A stretch of 64,000 nt of DNA, filler included, from Octopus bimaculoides (Eukaryota), in the NCBI RefSeq assembly GCF_001194135.2. It is 7 parts of 7 records of this genome, joined end to end, with 100 filler letters (N's around TTAATTAATTAA, not from the genome) between each part and the next. Parts side by side here need not be neighbours in the genome. Positions count along the whole stretch, not along the records: positions 1 to 26,149 come from NC_068987.1; 6 more parts are not named here. One strand, 5' to 3'. Both the position numbers and the translations under genes were made by a program. Positions 1 through 11,699 of this stretch are shown piece by piece. Each line of letters starts with the position of its first letter. Positions within the stretch are counted from its first letter, which is position 1. The notes under the pieces were generated by a model. It was not told the origin of the DNA, made no database searches, and saw only the letters and a list, made by a program, of their open reading frames with translations.

Positions 1-118
1 ATATATATATATATATATATGTGCTTGTTTGTGTATGCACACATTCCGAGTTATATAGATATATATGCACACACGCACACTCTCTCACACACACACACAC
101 TCACACACACACACACTG

Positions 119-160
<42 letters not shown>

Positions 161-2214
161 ACATATTAATTCTAACCAAATTCACTCCTCAAATGCTATT
201 CTGTAATCGAGGGTAATCTTCGTTCACAAGATCGTTTAGAGAAAAATGATTCAGCATGAAGGACTCTCGGTTTCCAGTGGGTATCCTCTCATCAAACCAT
301 TATTCTAGAGTTTGTTTTACCAGAAACATTGGCATGAATTTTGAACTGCTACATAGAGGAAATTTACCCGATATGTCGAGTTTACTTTGTTCATCAATAT
401 TATAGCCATATCTAGATAACAATCCCCTCTAGAAAGTCCAAAACTTATGGAATCACCGACCTCCTCTTTTAGCGATGACCAGCTGCTAAATATTTTTAAT
501 GTTAGTGTAATGTAAACTATAAAATCAGAATAGCTGAAGGAAACTTCATATCATTTGTCGATCCTTTAATGAAAGCGCCTTACACGTTTTATATCTCAGG
601 GCGGGGCAAGCTGCACGTAGCCTTAATCATTTATGCCATTCTAGCTATGATGCTATCACTGATTGCAAGTGCAGCACTTAGTATATTTTTGATCTGAAAT
701 TAACACTAATACAGCCACCTATATTGTCTCTCTATCCAGTCTTCTGGCGAAAAGTTATTGATTCTATTGCTCCAACAGCTTGATACTCGTACATTTTATG
801 GAGCTTGTTCAGTATGAAATAATCAAATAGTGAAAGAATATATCGAAGATGTCTTATATGTAGTGTAGTGAATCTATATGATTATTCAGTTCCGCTTTGT
901 TATAATTTCCTATTGAGAAGCATATATATCACGGAGAAGCAGAGACAAATAGAGGAATATTCAGTATTCAGTTGTAGACAGAATAACACAGAACTAAACG
1001 CGAAAGTAAATTAAATAATGGAATGTGTAAATATAATATAATTGTTTCTGATATATTTGTCTGCTATCATGGTGTGGTAAATGCATAGTTATGCGCGGGT
1101 GGGGAAGAAATTTCCAACGGAAATAAATTATGGATATTCATTATGAAATACCGTTTTGTAATGAATGTCCTTGTCGTCACAGTAATTTGGATACCATGCA
1201 TAATTATGATTTATATGAATGAAGTAAAGGGTTATAAACATTGCATATGTGAGCATTAAGAATTTTTGTTGCTTAAAAAACTATGCAACTGTTGCCGAAG
1301 ATAATGTTTTATTTAAAATTCTGGGGACATTTAATTTTTAAAAGAAAACTTTCATGGGAAAGCTTATTAAGTGGTAAAGTATCTGCCAAAAACTTGGTTC
1401 ACTTCCAGCTAGAGTGCTACTTTACTGCTGCATTGTGTTTCCACTGTAAACGGTAAATTTGATACTCCAATGAAACTTGCAAAGGTGACTGCAGTAACTT
1501 GAAAATATTTAACGAAAATTTTAAAATCTTCTTGATCATCAAACGATTGTTTAGTAAGCTTCAATAAATAGACTCTAATGAAATGTAACAATTATGTCTC
1601 TGCATTAGAAAAGATAAGTCTATTAGAAGAAAATGAGAGAAAAAATCATGGTTTATTGATATTGATTTGTATTGTTGAAAATAGCTCGGTAAGTTTCAGG
1701 CTAGTATGATAAGAGACAAACAGACAAAAAACACTGATAGTAGTGTATGTCGGTAAATATTTTACAGTGAAATATTATACAGGGAAAATAAAAGTTTAGA
1801 TAACTTTGTTTGTTATAGGAAAAGCAGCTTGATGTTTTGGGGTTCATGCTGCTCCCCAAATAGAGAGAGAGGGGGGACGGGGTGATAAGGAAAAGAAAGA
1901 AAGGGAGAGACAGAGAAAGAAAGAGAGAAAGAGAGAGGGGAAACAATCAATTGGAAAAAAATATTTGTGAGTCCCAGACGAAGTATCAGTCTTGAGTCAT
2001 CATTTTTATCCCAAGCCCCCACTGCAACTTAAGGAATCAAAAGTCTTATACTTCAGCGAATATTATTTAATGTACTGTATTTTCTGCTTCAGTTGGAACA
2101 AAGTTAGTGCTGCTAGGGAGTGGAGATTTTGAGTTTTGAAATTTCGAAAGGATAAAGATCGTAAATGTTATGAAAGTTGTGGGTGACAATTTCTCAAATC
2201 ATATGGATTCCACA

Positions 2215-2312
2215 CATCTGAAATTTGGTCTCATTACATAAAAGAATTATATCATTTAGCCAACATCTGAAATTTGGTCTCATTACGTAAAACAATTATC
2301 TCATTTAGCCAA
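2215..2312 (+). repeat. 49-bp tandem duplication
   Basis: Two units (2215-2263, 2264-2312) differing at 3 positions. Confidence 0.9.
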
Positions 2313-2414
2313 CAATTGATGGTGTCATTGAACAGAAAGATGACCAATTTTCACTCATGAAGTTTATAGCAGATCTCACAATAGCAGACTGACCATATAG
2401 AAGAAAAAGATAGC

Positions 2415-2620
2415 AAGATAGCAGAATCGTTAGCACGCCGGACAAACTGCTTAGCGACATTAGGTTTGTCTTTATACTCTGAGTTCAAATTCCACCGAGG
2501 TCGACTTTGACTTTTACCCTTTCGGTGTCGATGAAATAAGTACCATTTTCTCACTGGAGTCGATGTAATCGACTAGCTCCTCCCACTAAAATTTTAGGCC
2601 TTGTGCTTAGAATAGGAAAG
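2415..2620 (+). mobile_element. tRNA-derived SINE family 2
   Basis: GCAGAATCGTTAGCAC head, B box GAGTTCAAATTCC, central GAGGTCGACTTTG..CCTTTCGG.GTCGAT.AAATAAGTACC (resembles the Meta/MESC-type domain, from memory). Confidence 0.8.
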
Positions 2621-3217
2621 AGTATATAGCAGAATTTATAACTTTATAGCATATAAGAGAACAGGGAATGAAAGAATCTGTTGATCAACGGTGGAGAAAA
2701 AAGTGCAACGTCGTATCTAAGACCCTTTACCTTATGATATCAAATACCGAGCCAGTTAACGTTTATGGAAGAATCGTCAATTGAAGAAATCTGGCTATTC
2801 GTGACGAATACTTCCACAACATACTACCAAATCTAGGCCAGGCATTGAATAGTTATTTAATTGGTAGTGGTACTTTTTAGATACTCTCATCTAGATTTTG
2901 TACACCATGAAGCATATGGCCAGAATTTAAGACAGATTCCGTGAGGGAGATTTAACATATGTAGATTTTTAGATTTGGAGTTGCTCTAAATGTGTTAATA
3001 TCTTTGAATTTCAGAGGAGCAGAATCTCCTAGAAGAGTGAGAGAGGGGGAAGTGACAGAGAAGATTCCTCGCCTGTATGCTTCTCACCTTGCTTTCTTTT
3101 TTGAATGAAGTGGAAGATTTTCTTTTCTATACGAACACAACACAGTCAGATATTTGTTTACCGCAATAATGTGTATCGTATGTCGGATGTAGAATAATTT
3201 CGAAGTTGAAAGGCGGC

Positions 3218-3430
3218 GATTTGGCAGAAGCGTTAGCACGCCGATCGAAATACTTGCAAGTATTTCGTTCGTCTTTACGCTCTGAGTTTCAAATTCCACC
3301 GAGGTCGACTTCGCCTTTCATCCTTTCGGAGTCTATTAATTAAGTATCGATTGCACATTTGGGTCGATCTAATCGATTGGTCCCCTCTCCTAAAATTTCA
3401 GGCCTTGTGCATAGAGTAGAAAAGAATATT
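3218..3430 (+). mobile_element. SINE family 2
   Basis: Colinear with 2415-2620. Confidence 0.8.
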
Positions 3431-3454
3431 TTGAAAACTGATATATACATGCAT

Positions 3455-3655
3455 CTTTTTATCTTAACGTTCTAGTCTCAGTGAAAAGATTGCGGCCATG
3501 CTGGGGTACTGGCTTCACAAATTTGTAGTCAATCCTAGTACATTTTTCTAATTTTGGTAATTATTCTATCGGACACATGGGCCGAACTACTAGGTAACGG
3601 AGACGTAAACATACCAACACCGGTTGTCAACTGATAGTGGAGGACAAACACAAAT
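3455..3655 (-). mobile_element. SINE family 1, 3' half
   Basis: GCGGCCATGCTGG..TATTCTATC..GCCGAAC..ACGTAAACA..CGGTTGTCAA. Confidence 0.7.
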
Positions 3656-3790
3656 GCAAACACTAACACGCACTCACACAGACACATAAACACACATATA
3701 TACACACATACGCATACATGCAACCACGAATATTCGTGCATATAAGCATATGCACATATGTGCACCCGCGTTTAATCATTGTACATCTCA

Positions 3791-3862
<72 letters not shown>
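3791..3862. repeat. (CT)n microsatellite
   Basis: Directly visible; one of dozens of (CA)n, (TA)n and (CT)n tracts in the window. Confidence 0.95.
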
Positions 3863-3864
<2 letters not shown>

Positions 3865-4335
3865 GTCCCTGTCTTTCTCTCTATATATATATCTATATAG
3901 TTTTTTGTACTAATGGGTATATCTCAATTAGTGTGTTGTGTAAAGTACGTTCACAGCTAGGGATACTTGATGTCATCCACGGTCGGGTATATTTCCTCTG
4001 GATCTACGTCAGGAATTCCGTGGTAAAAATAAACGAGGAAGGTTGAGTGGAGGATTTTAATTTTATGCTATATTCTCACGGACAACTGTAGCCTGACATA
4101 ACCAAAATACAGCGGACAAGAACAACATGCCTAGGACATCTAAGTATATCTAGCGGGACATCACCTTCTTTATGCATGAACCTGATGTGATAAAAACTGC
4201 AGAGATTGATGCAACACAATTAGATTCTCAAAACCCTACCCATATCAGACAGTTGCAGGATGGGAGGAAACGATCGTCGCACTGAATAAAGATCAGTACT
4301 AAATCCATCTTCCGTTTCCTTTAACAATTATATAG

Positions 4336-4441
4336 CTGAAGTATATAGCCGCAACGCTAACAGTCGCTTCTCTTTCAGTTACGTCACACACACTCTGTCT
4401 CTCTGTCTCTCTGTCACTCTGTTCTCTCTCACTCTTTCTCC

Positions 4442-4489
<48 letters not shown>

Positions 4490-5030
4490 GTATATATATA
4501 TATANNNNNNNNNNNNNNNNNNNNNNNNNNNNNNNNNNNNNNNNNNNNNNNNNNNNNNNNNNNNNNNNNNNNNNNNNNNNNNNNNNNNNNNNNNNNNNNN
4601 NNNNNNNNNNNNNNNNNNNNNNNNNNNNNNNNNNNNNNNNNNNNNNNNNNNNNNNNNNNNNNNNNNNNNNNNNNNNNNNNNNNNNNNNNNNNNNNNNNNN
4701 NNNNNNNNNNNNNNNNNNNNNNNNNNNNNNNNNNNNNNNNNNNNNNNNNNNNNNNNNNNNNNNNNNNNNNNNNNNNNNNNNNNNNNNNNNNNNNNNNNNN
4801 NNNNNNNNNNNNNNNNNNNNNNNNNNNNNNNNNNNNNNNNNNNNNNNNNNNNNNNNNNNNNNNNNNNNNNNNNNTATATGTATATATATATATGTATGTA
4901 TATATAAGTGCAAACATACAGAGAAGAGAGAGAAAGGGAGAAAAAGCGAGAGAGACACAGAGAAGCAGAGTGTGTGTGACGTAATGGAAAGAGAAGCGAC
5001 TGTTAGCTTTCTTTCGGTTATATACTTTAG
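4336..5030. mobile_element. Foldback/MITE-like element with long inverted termini around (CT)n/(TA)n and a gap
   Basis: GCTAACAGTCGCTTCTCTTTC..TTACGTCACACACACTCTG at ~4356-4397 recurs as its reverse complement (40/42) at ~4966-5007; weaker symmetry extends to 4336 and 5030. Confidence 0.7.
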
Positions 5031-8000
5031 TGGAGGTTTTATCATTGCAATGCCGTTTCCTCGAATTGGATGGGAATTCGCACTCTGTGCTGCTGAAGGT
5101 GACTAAATAATTATGTTCCTATTGAAAAATGTTTTTAAAGTGTTTGTACAACGATAAATGCCTTAGACATTGAAGTTGCCAGGATTTTAGGTGGATGAAA
5201 TTTAAATGATAATGTATTATCAGTGTGAGAAACTCTGCGTACGTGATCGTGTGGATAGAAAGGCAGATTACTGTAGAGGAAATTTATATTAATGTACAGG
5301 AACTTACTGTGAAACCTCTTCAACCCTTCATGCATAAAAATATTACGAGGGTGTAGGTTGAAACCATTCGTCAAAAGTATATTAAAAGTTCATGAATTTG
5401 TGCTGCAAGTTTCGTGATGTGAAATCATGTGTTGAAACGGATATTGTTGTATTTCGGGATAGTCACTTTTTTCCCGAATAAGCACACGTGCTATATATAC
5501 GTTCTTCACACTTTCATTGCTGTTCTTATTCTAAATAATGTCCACTTGCCAGAAATCTTTCGACACACAAATGTGACCGATTCAGCGACATTTTCCCTCC
5601 TCATGCTTGTTCTTGCTCCGCCTAGTCCTTTCTCGGACAATGGACATAAGTTAGAATGAGAACAGTAATAAACGAGTGGAGAACGAATATATATAGTGCG
5701 TCTGCTTATTTGGCAAAAAAAAGATGACCATCCCGCCGTATAATAATAGTGGTTTGCGAAAAAAATCTTCCATTCACTGTTTTGATCCATAGATCACAAA
5801 AACGACCAGGGTAGGTAAGAATTTTGAAGGAGGATAATTTACTGACATCAAGTAATTCCGTATGGGTTTTATTAACGCTAAAACCAGAGCAAAAATGTAA
5901 ATGTTAATTAGGGAAATAGATAACAGTAAAAATAGAAAGCTATTCCAAATTTTTCAATAGCTTATTCATTTTCAATATCTTTTTCTTTCTACTTTCGATT
6001 TTACCTATAAAATAATAAAGGATTGACTCTAAACTTGATTAGGAAGTCACCAAAACTGAAAAAAATAAATGAATTACTTATATATATGTGTGTGTGTGTG
6101 TGTAAATACACACACACACACACATATATATATATAGGGAGCAATTTTAGCATTTATTTACAACCATAAAGAAAATCGGCTTGGAGGATTCCATAATTCG
6201 AAATAGCTATTTTCATTAAATTGTGCCTTAAAATGAGAGTTATTTTAAGACCTTCAATTTGAAAGCTTTTTAAAAATTTATCGAATTCATTATTAAATTA
6301 TAATATTTTTGAAGAACGTATCATAGGTATTTTAAATGAAGTATTTTTATTTATCGAACAGGATAAAAATGGTACGCTCTTGTTTAAAGATTTTCGAATT
6401 CATTGGAGAATTTTGTCTTGCAATTATTTAATTAACTTCTCGAATGTGCAAGTGTTATATTTAGTCCAAGTGAAATCGATATTATTTTCTAGAGTTATAT
6501 TCAGGAATGTACAGATGTCAAAAAGTGGTTAAATTATCGTCCAATATTGGATTGAACTACGTTCTTTAGGTATTTTGACAGCAGACAGCCAAGAAAACAG
6601 AAAATTTGTAACTTAAAAATAGCAGAAATATATTGAATGGCATTTGTACACATACACAAACACACCCGCAAACGCACACACACACACACGTGTGTGGGCA
6701 AGCATATATATGTATATATANNNNNNNNNNNNNNNNNNNNNNNNNNNNNNNNNNNNNNNNNNNNNNNNNNNNNNNNNNNNNNNNNNNNNNNNNNNNNNNN
6801 NNNNNNNNNNNNNNNNNNNNNNNNNNNNNNNNNNNNNNNNNNNNNNNNNNNNNNNNNNNNNNNNNNNNNNNNNNNNNNNNNNNNNNNNNNNNNNNNNNNN
6901 NNNNNNNNNNNNNNNNNNNNNNNNNNNNNNNNNNNNNNNNNNNNNNNNNNNNNNNNNNNNNNNNNNNNNNNATATATATATATATATACAGATAGATAGA
7001 TAGATATTTATGTCATAAGATTCAGATCTATGAGTTGCTCCTATGGTAAACTACAATGAGTGTGTCTGTAAAAGATACAGACACACACACACACATACAT
7101 GTGTATATGTATGTGTGTGTGTGTGTGTGTGTGTGNNNNNNNNNNTGTGTATATGTATGTGTGTGTGTGTGTGTGTGTGTGCGTGTGTGTGTGTGTGTGT
7201 GTGTGCCATGCGTCTTCACTCTGCATGCTTTAGCGTCTTTAGTGTGGCAAGAGTCCGGATACTTATTGATCAGACCACGAACACAAACATACACACAACA
7301 CACCACACACACACATATGCATGTATGCCTACAATACACTCGTACACTCATGTATATAAATGCATGCATTCGCACATATTCACATCCACATCCTTTATAG
7401 ACACACTACTTTAATAAAAAGTTGAATGCCTTGTTCCCTGCTCAGTAGTTTACCATAGGAACATCCCCTAGATCTGAAACTTATGAAAGAAATGTCATCC
7501 ATTTTTAAATGCCTGCATCATTTATTGTCATACTTACCACGCTCCACATCATTTTATCTTTACAAATACACTTGTTTCTTGATATTTGTGTAACATAATT
7601 AATGAAATGTGAACGCAAATTTAAGTAAATTTTCCTCTTACCATTCTCATTGCCTAGATACAGTAAGTTGAAATAACAAATAATGTCTGAAATATTTCAA
7701 ATAAATACAAACAGTCAAATAAGCGTGGTGCCCGAGTTTGTCTTCTACGTTGTTGAAATGGTCGATACTACACTACCACTAACAAACAATTTTCGTTTAT
7801 CGTCTTCTTTGTATCTGTCACTTACGCACTCGTATAATCGGTGAGGGAGAGAGAAATATGAAATAGTGTAGACAAATGTATAAAACAATATAGTCATTTA
7901 CCGCTATTTATGCACATATTTATTCGTACATTCCCCACCTCTAAACTATTCAAGAATTTATGTGTACACACGCACACACATACAGACACACACAATCACA

Positions 8001-8681
8001 TACATTCATACATACTTACACACACACACACACACCCAGTCACAGTAAAACATAGGCGTAGACACACGAATATATATATATTTGAACGTATGTATTTTTA
8101 TTACTTTTACATATTTTCAATTTGACTCACTAAAACGCTTTCAAATGGACTATTACCGAAGAAAATTCTGTCAGAACAAAGACTCCAAACATTACAAATT
8201 TAGTCGCTTACTATAGATGAGTTTCCACTCCTGTCAATTACATACTGTAATAAACTTTACAAGCGTTGTCTATTATTGTATATATATAAAAAAAAAAAAA
8301 GAAAGAAGCGAATCTCTCATAGTCACGCCATAATGTATGTGAAGAGAGAAGGATAATGAGTATAACTTAGATATAGATATACATAATGCTTGAGAATAAT
8401 AGGTCAGTCATGGTTGCAGAGTTCTCTTCAGCAGTCTGCTAGATAAGCTTTCTGATAGTGATATTTGCATGCGGATGTTCGTGAATCTACTTACTGCAAT
8501 ATATAAATGTATGAAGAAATAACTACACACAGACGCACACACATACTTTGACAGATAGATAAACAGAGCGAAAACTATAGATAGTTAGACAACTAAAGAT
8601 ATAGACGCTCACAAGTATATGTGTACATATATATATATATATACACGCTCGCGCACGCACACAAACACACACACACACACG

Positions 8682-8717
<36 letters not shown>

Positions 8718-9365
8718 CATATATACACACTCATACACACACACTTATATACTGTCCGTGCGTGTCTGAGTAATTTTGTTAATATACATGTTGCTAAGCT
8801 ATGAGAACGAGTGAGGCTTTGTGTATAGGATTGCTAGATTTAACTGACATTTTTTGTAGTTCTTATCCTACTTCAATAAAATATAGCCTTTGCATTTACA
8901 GGCTTACTACGATAGACGTGTTCAATGCAGCGGAATTTAATTCATGCCAAAGCAATCACCATTTTATTTATAAGTTTAAGTATTATTATTGTTGTATTAA
9001 ACGGTTCAACAAATTGTTATTTCATTGCAAGTACATTAAGAGATTAGGACAGATTATTTCAGATTGTTAACTATACTATTCAAAAGCATTAATATCTAAC
9101 GAGAGTATATCAGTCAATGTTTCATGCTTATGAAAATTGCTATTATAATTAATCGAAAATAATTTGATATAGTTTATTAGCTTCATTGCCTTAAAAGAAG
9201 AAATGAAAATTAATCATTCGACTGAAAATATTGAACGGTCTTAAATACATATATGTAACCTCATGAGTAGATGCACCTGCAAAAGGTTTAAGAGTATAAA
9301 TTCTATAAATGTAATGTAGATAGATACGAATGTATTTTGATGTCAACACACTCACAAACACACAT

Positions 9366-9409
<44 letters not shown>

Positions 9410-10144
9410 CTTCACACATACAATACACACATTTGCATGCACACTCGTGCACATACACATGCACACACAACACACGCACACAGACACACATATACAAACA
9501 CGCGCTCGCGTACACACAAACACACACACACACACATGCACATGCACACGACATAAAAGATACCAGACAACCACCATTAAACTTTACATGCTAGAAACCA
9601 CAGGTAAACGACATTATTTCTGAAGAAACTTTCCCGCCTACCAAAAGGCTTAAAGCATTACATTGGGAGATTGTGGATTTTTGCAAGAGGCGAGACTATG
9701 AGTGGATGTTTGGAAAGTAGATTTTAGTGTTTCTGTAAGATAAAAAAGGAAGAAAATTATTAAAGTTTCGTGCTCCCTGTATTTGTATTTTTCTCCGTGG
9801 ATATCAAAGAAATNNNNNNNNNNNNNNNNNNNNNNNNNNNNNNNNNTTAGAATGTTGAGAACGTGTTTTCTGGGCGGAATCCTAATCTCCCGTATCGAAA
9901 ACATAGGAATCGGACGAAATTTAGGAAATATAGCGTGTATGTGTGGGAGTGTATGTGTGTGTGTGTGTGTGTGAAAGGAAGTTATTTTATGGCATTTTTC
10001 GTTTGAAGGTGCAAAGTTGTCAAATCGATCAAATGGCCGATCATATGTGATCATATGTTTGTTTGTTAATTTCCGTACATTTAAAAAAAATTTCTGTATG
10101 ATGTGTGTGTGTGTGCGGGTTTGTGTGCGTGTGCGTGAGAGATA

Positions 10145-10748
10145 GAGATTTTGAAGGCTACGAAATAATTGATAATTAGATGGGATGAATATGCTGGTTG
10201 GGGCATCGTTTCCCATTTAGTCTTTGCAATGTCATCCTCACTGAATGCGGCCGAGCATTATACTGATGGAAGAGTACCTTTCGCCTTGAAACCAAAGGTG
10301 GTCGCTTTTATTTTATCGCTGACTTAAATGAATGGCTGAACGACCAAATCTAAGCTTCAACAATTACGATGGGATTTATTCCCACCAGGGTTTGCAGGAC
10401 GTCGTCGCCGAGCTCTGTAGATCTTCCAGGACGACGCTCGTCTTCGAAGCTGTAGTTTCTGACTCGGAATTTCTGGAACCGCAATTAAGACTGGCTTACG
10501 CTTATAGATCGATGCCCATATACTGCATTAATATTCATCGCACATTCCGTTTTGCTGTTGCCTTTAATGAACTCATAAAGCAAAATATACCGAATATGTT
10601 CCTTTGTCACTTCCATTATAGGTTTGAAAATATGACTGTTAAAATCGAACTGCTTTTTAACATGTTGATGGAGGTAGTTTATCTCGTCCCCTCCGACCTT
10701 GAATTCATGCAGTTGAAAAAAGAACCTTACTTAAGGGACGACCCAATA
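10145..10748 (-). mobile_element. Mariner (Tc1/mariner) transposon remnant, internally deleted
   Basis: Minus strand from ATG at 10616: MEVTKEHIRYILLYEFIKGNSK..INAVYG..*LRFQKFR..EDERRPGRS (HTH region), then VLFHQYNARPH..WETMPQPAYS..YQLFRSLQN (decayed HDNARPH / YSPDL / DYHLFRSL motifs). TIR-like TATTGGGTCGTCCCTTAAG at the right end; in-frame stops. Confidence 0.9.
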
Positions 10749-11699
10749 TATATAGATAGATGATAATCAACTTTCTTTATTACTGTACACATTTGACTAA
10801 TTCAGAAACATTAATTTCATCATTCACACATCGTCACTCCCATAATGCAAACCTTTGCAATTTTGGTTCAAATTGAAAGTGCGAGACTATTTTCACATTC
10901 TAATGAAACCTAGTCGTTGTAGATCAGTGTCTTTCAAATAACTAAATCTGATTTTTTTAGGTAGATAATATGTAAATGAAAATAACGTTTATTTCATAGC
11001 CGAAAGATTACTGAATCTTTTGATACCCCATACGTCAAAATCTGCAACTCAGTTTTAAAATTCATAAGGAACATACGCGTGCGCACACACACACACTCAC
11101 ACATACACACACACTCACACACACACGCACACGCACACGCACACACACAAACTGATAAAACCCTCTTTTATGTATATAGATATATAATTGAATACCAAGA
11201 GGGGAGTGGACATTTATTCGCGTACAAAACTTTGCATTAACACCTTATATAACAATGACAAACGTTTGTTTCTACTGCAGCTACTGCACATTGCTCTGTA
11301 TGTAATTATGCATCATAATCGCTGCAATTTCATCGAGTGTTCATCACTCGTGAACTAAATCAAACAAGCTTCTTACGTTGGTATTCAGTTGAAGATGATA
11401 CCGTTACTTTTTACATCGGATTGAATTCTGGTCATATAATCTTTTCTATTGATATTACGGTTGAATCGTGATTTTAAAATGTTTATATTACGATTACTTG
11501 TAACAGTTTCCATTTTAATGTATGGAGTACATTATTTAATTCCGAGGTATTTCACCTATTTTGGGTTTATACCCTCAATTAATACTATTGTTATTGTTGT
11601 TGTTGTTGTTGTTGTTGTTGTTATAATTATTATAATATTTATGTGTATTATTTGCATGAATTAATAATCAGAATCATTATTTTAACTAGTATAATTACT

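Noticed and set aside
5335-5660. TACGAGGG as a mariner TIR start
   Set aside because: No matching opposite end and no transposase similarity found.
10332-10763. 143-aa plus-strand ORF as a gene
   Set aside because: It is the antisense of the mariner transposase remnant.
11385-11440. TTGAAGATGAT..GAATT..GTC as a hammerhead at the end of PLE1
   Set aside because: Core boxes are mismatched and stems I-III cannot be built convincingly.
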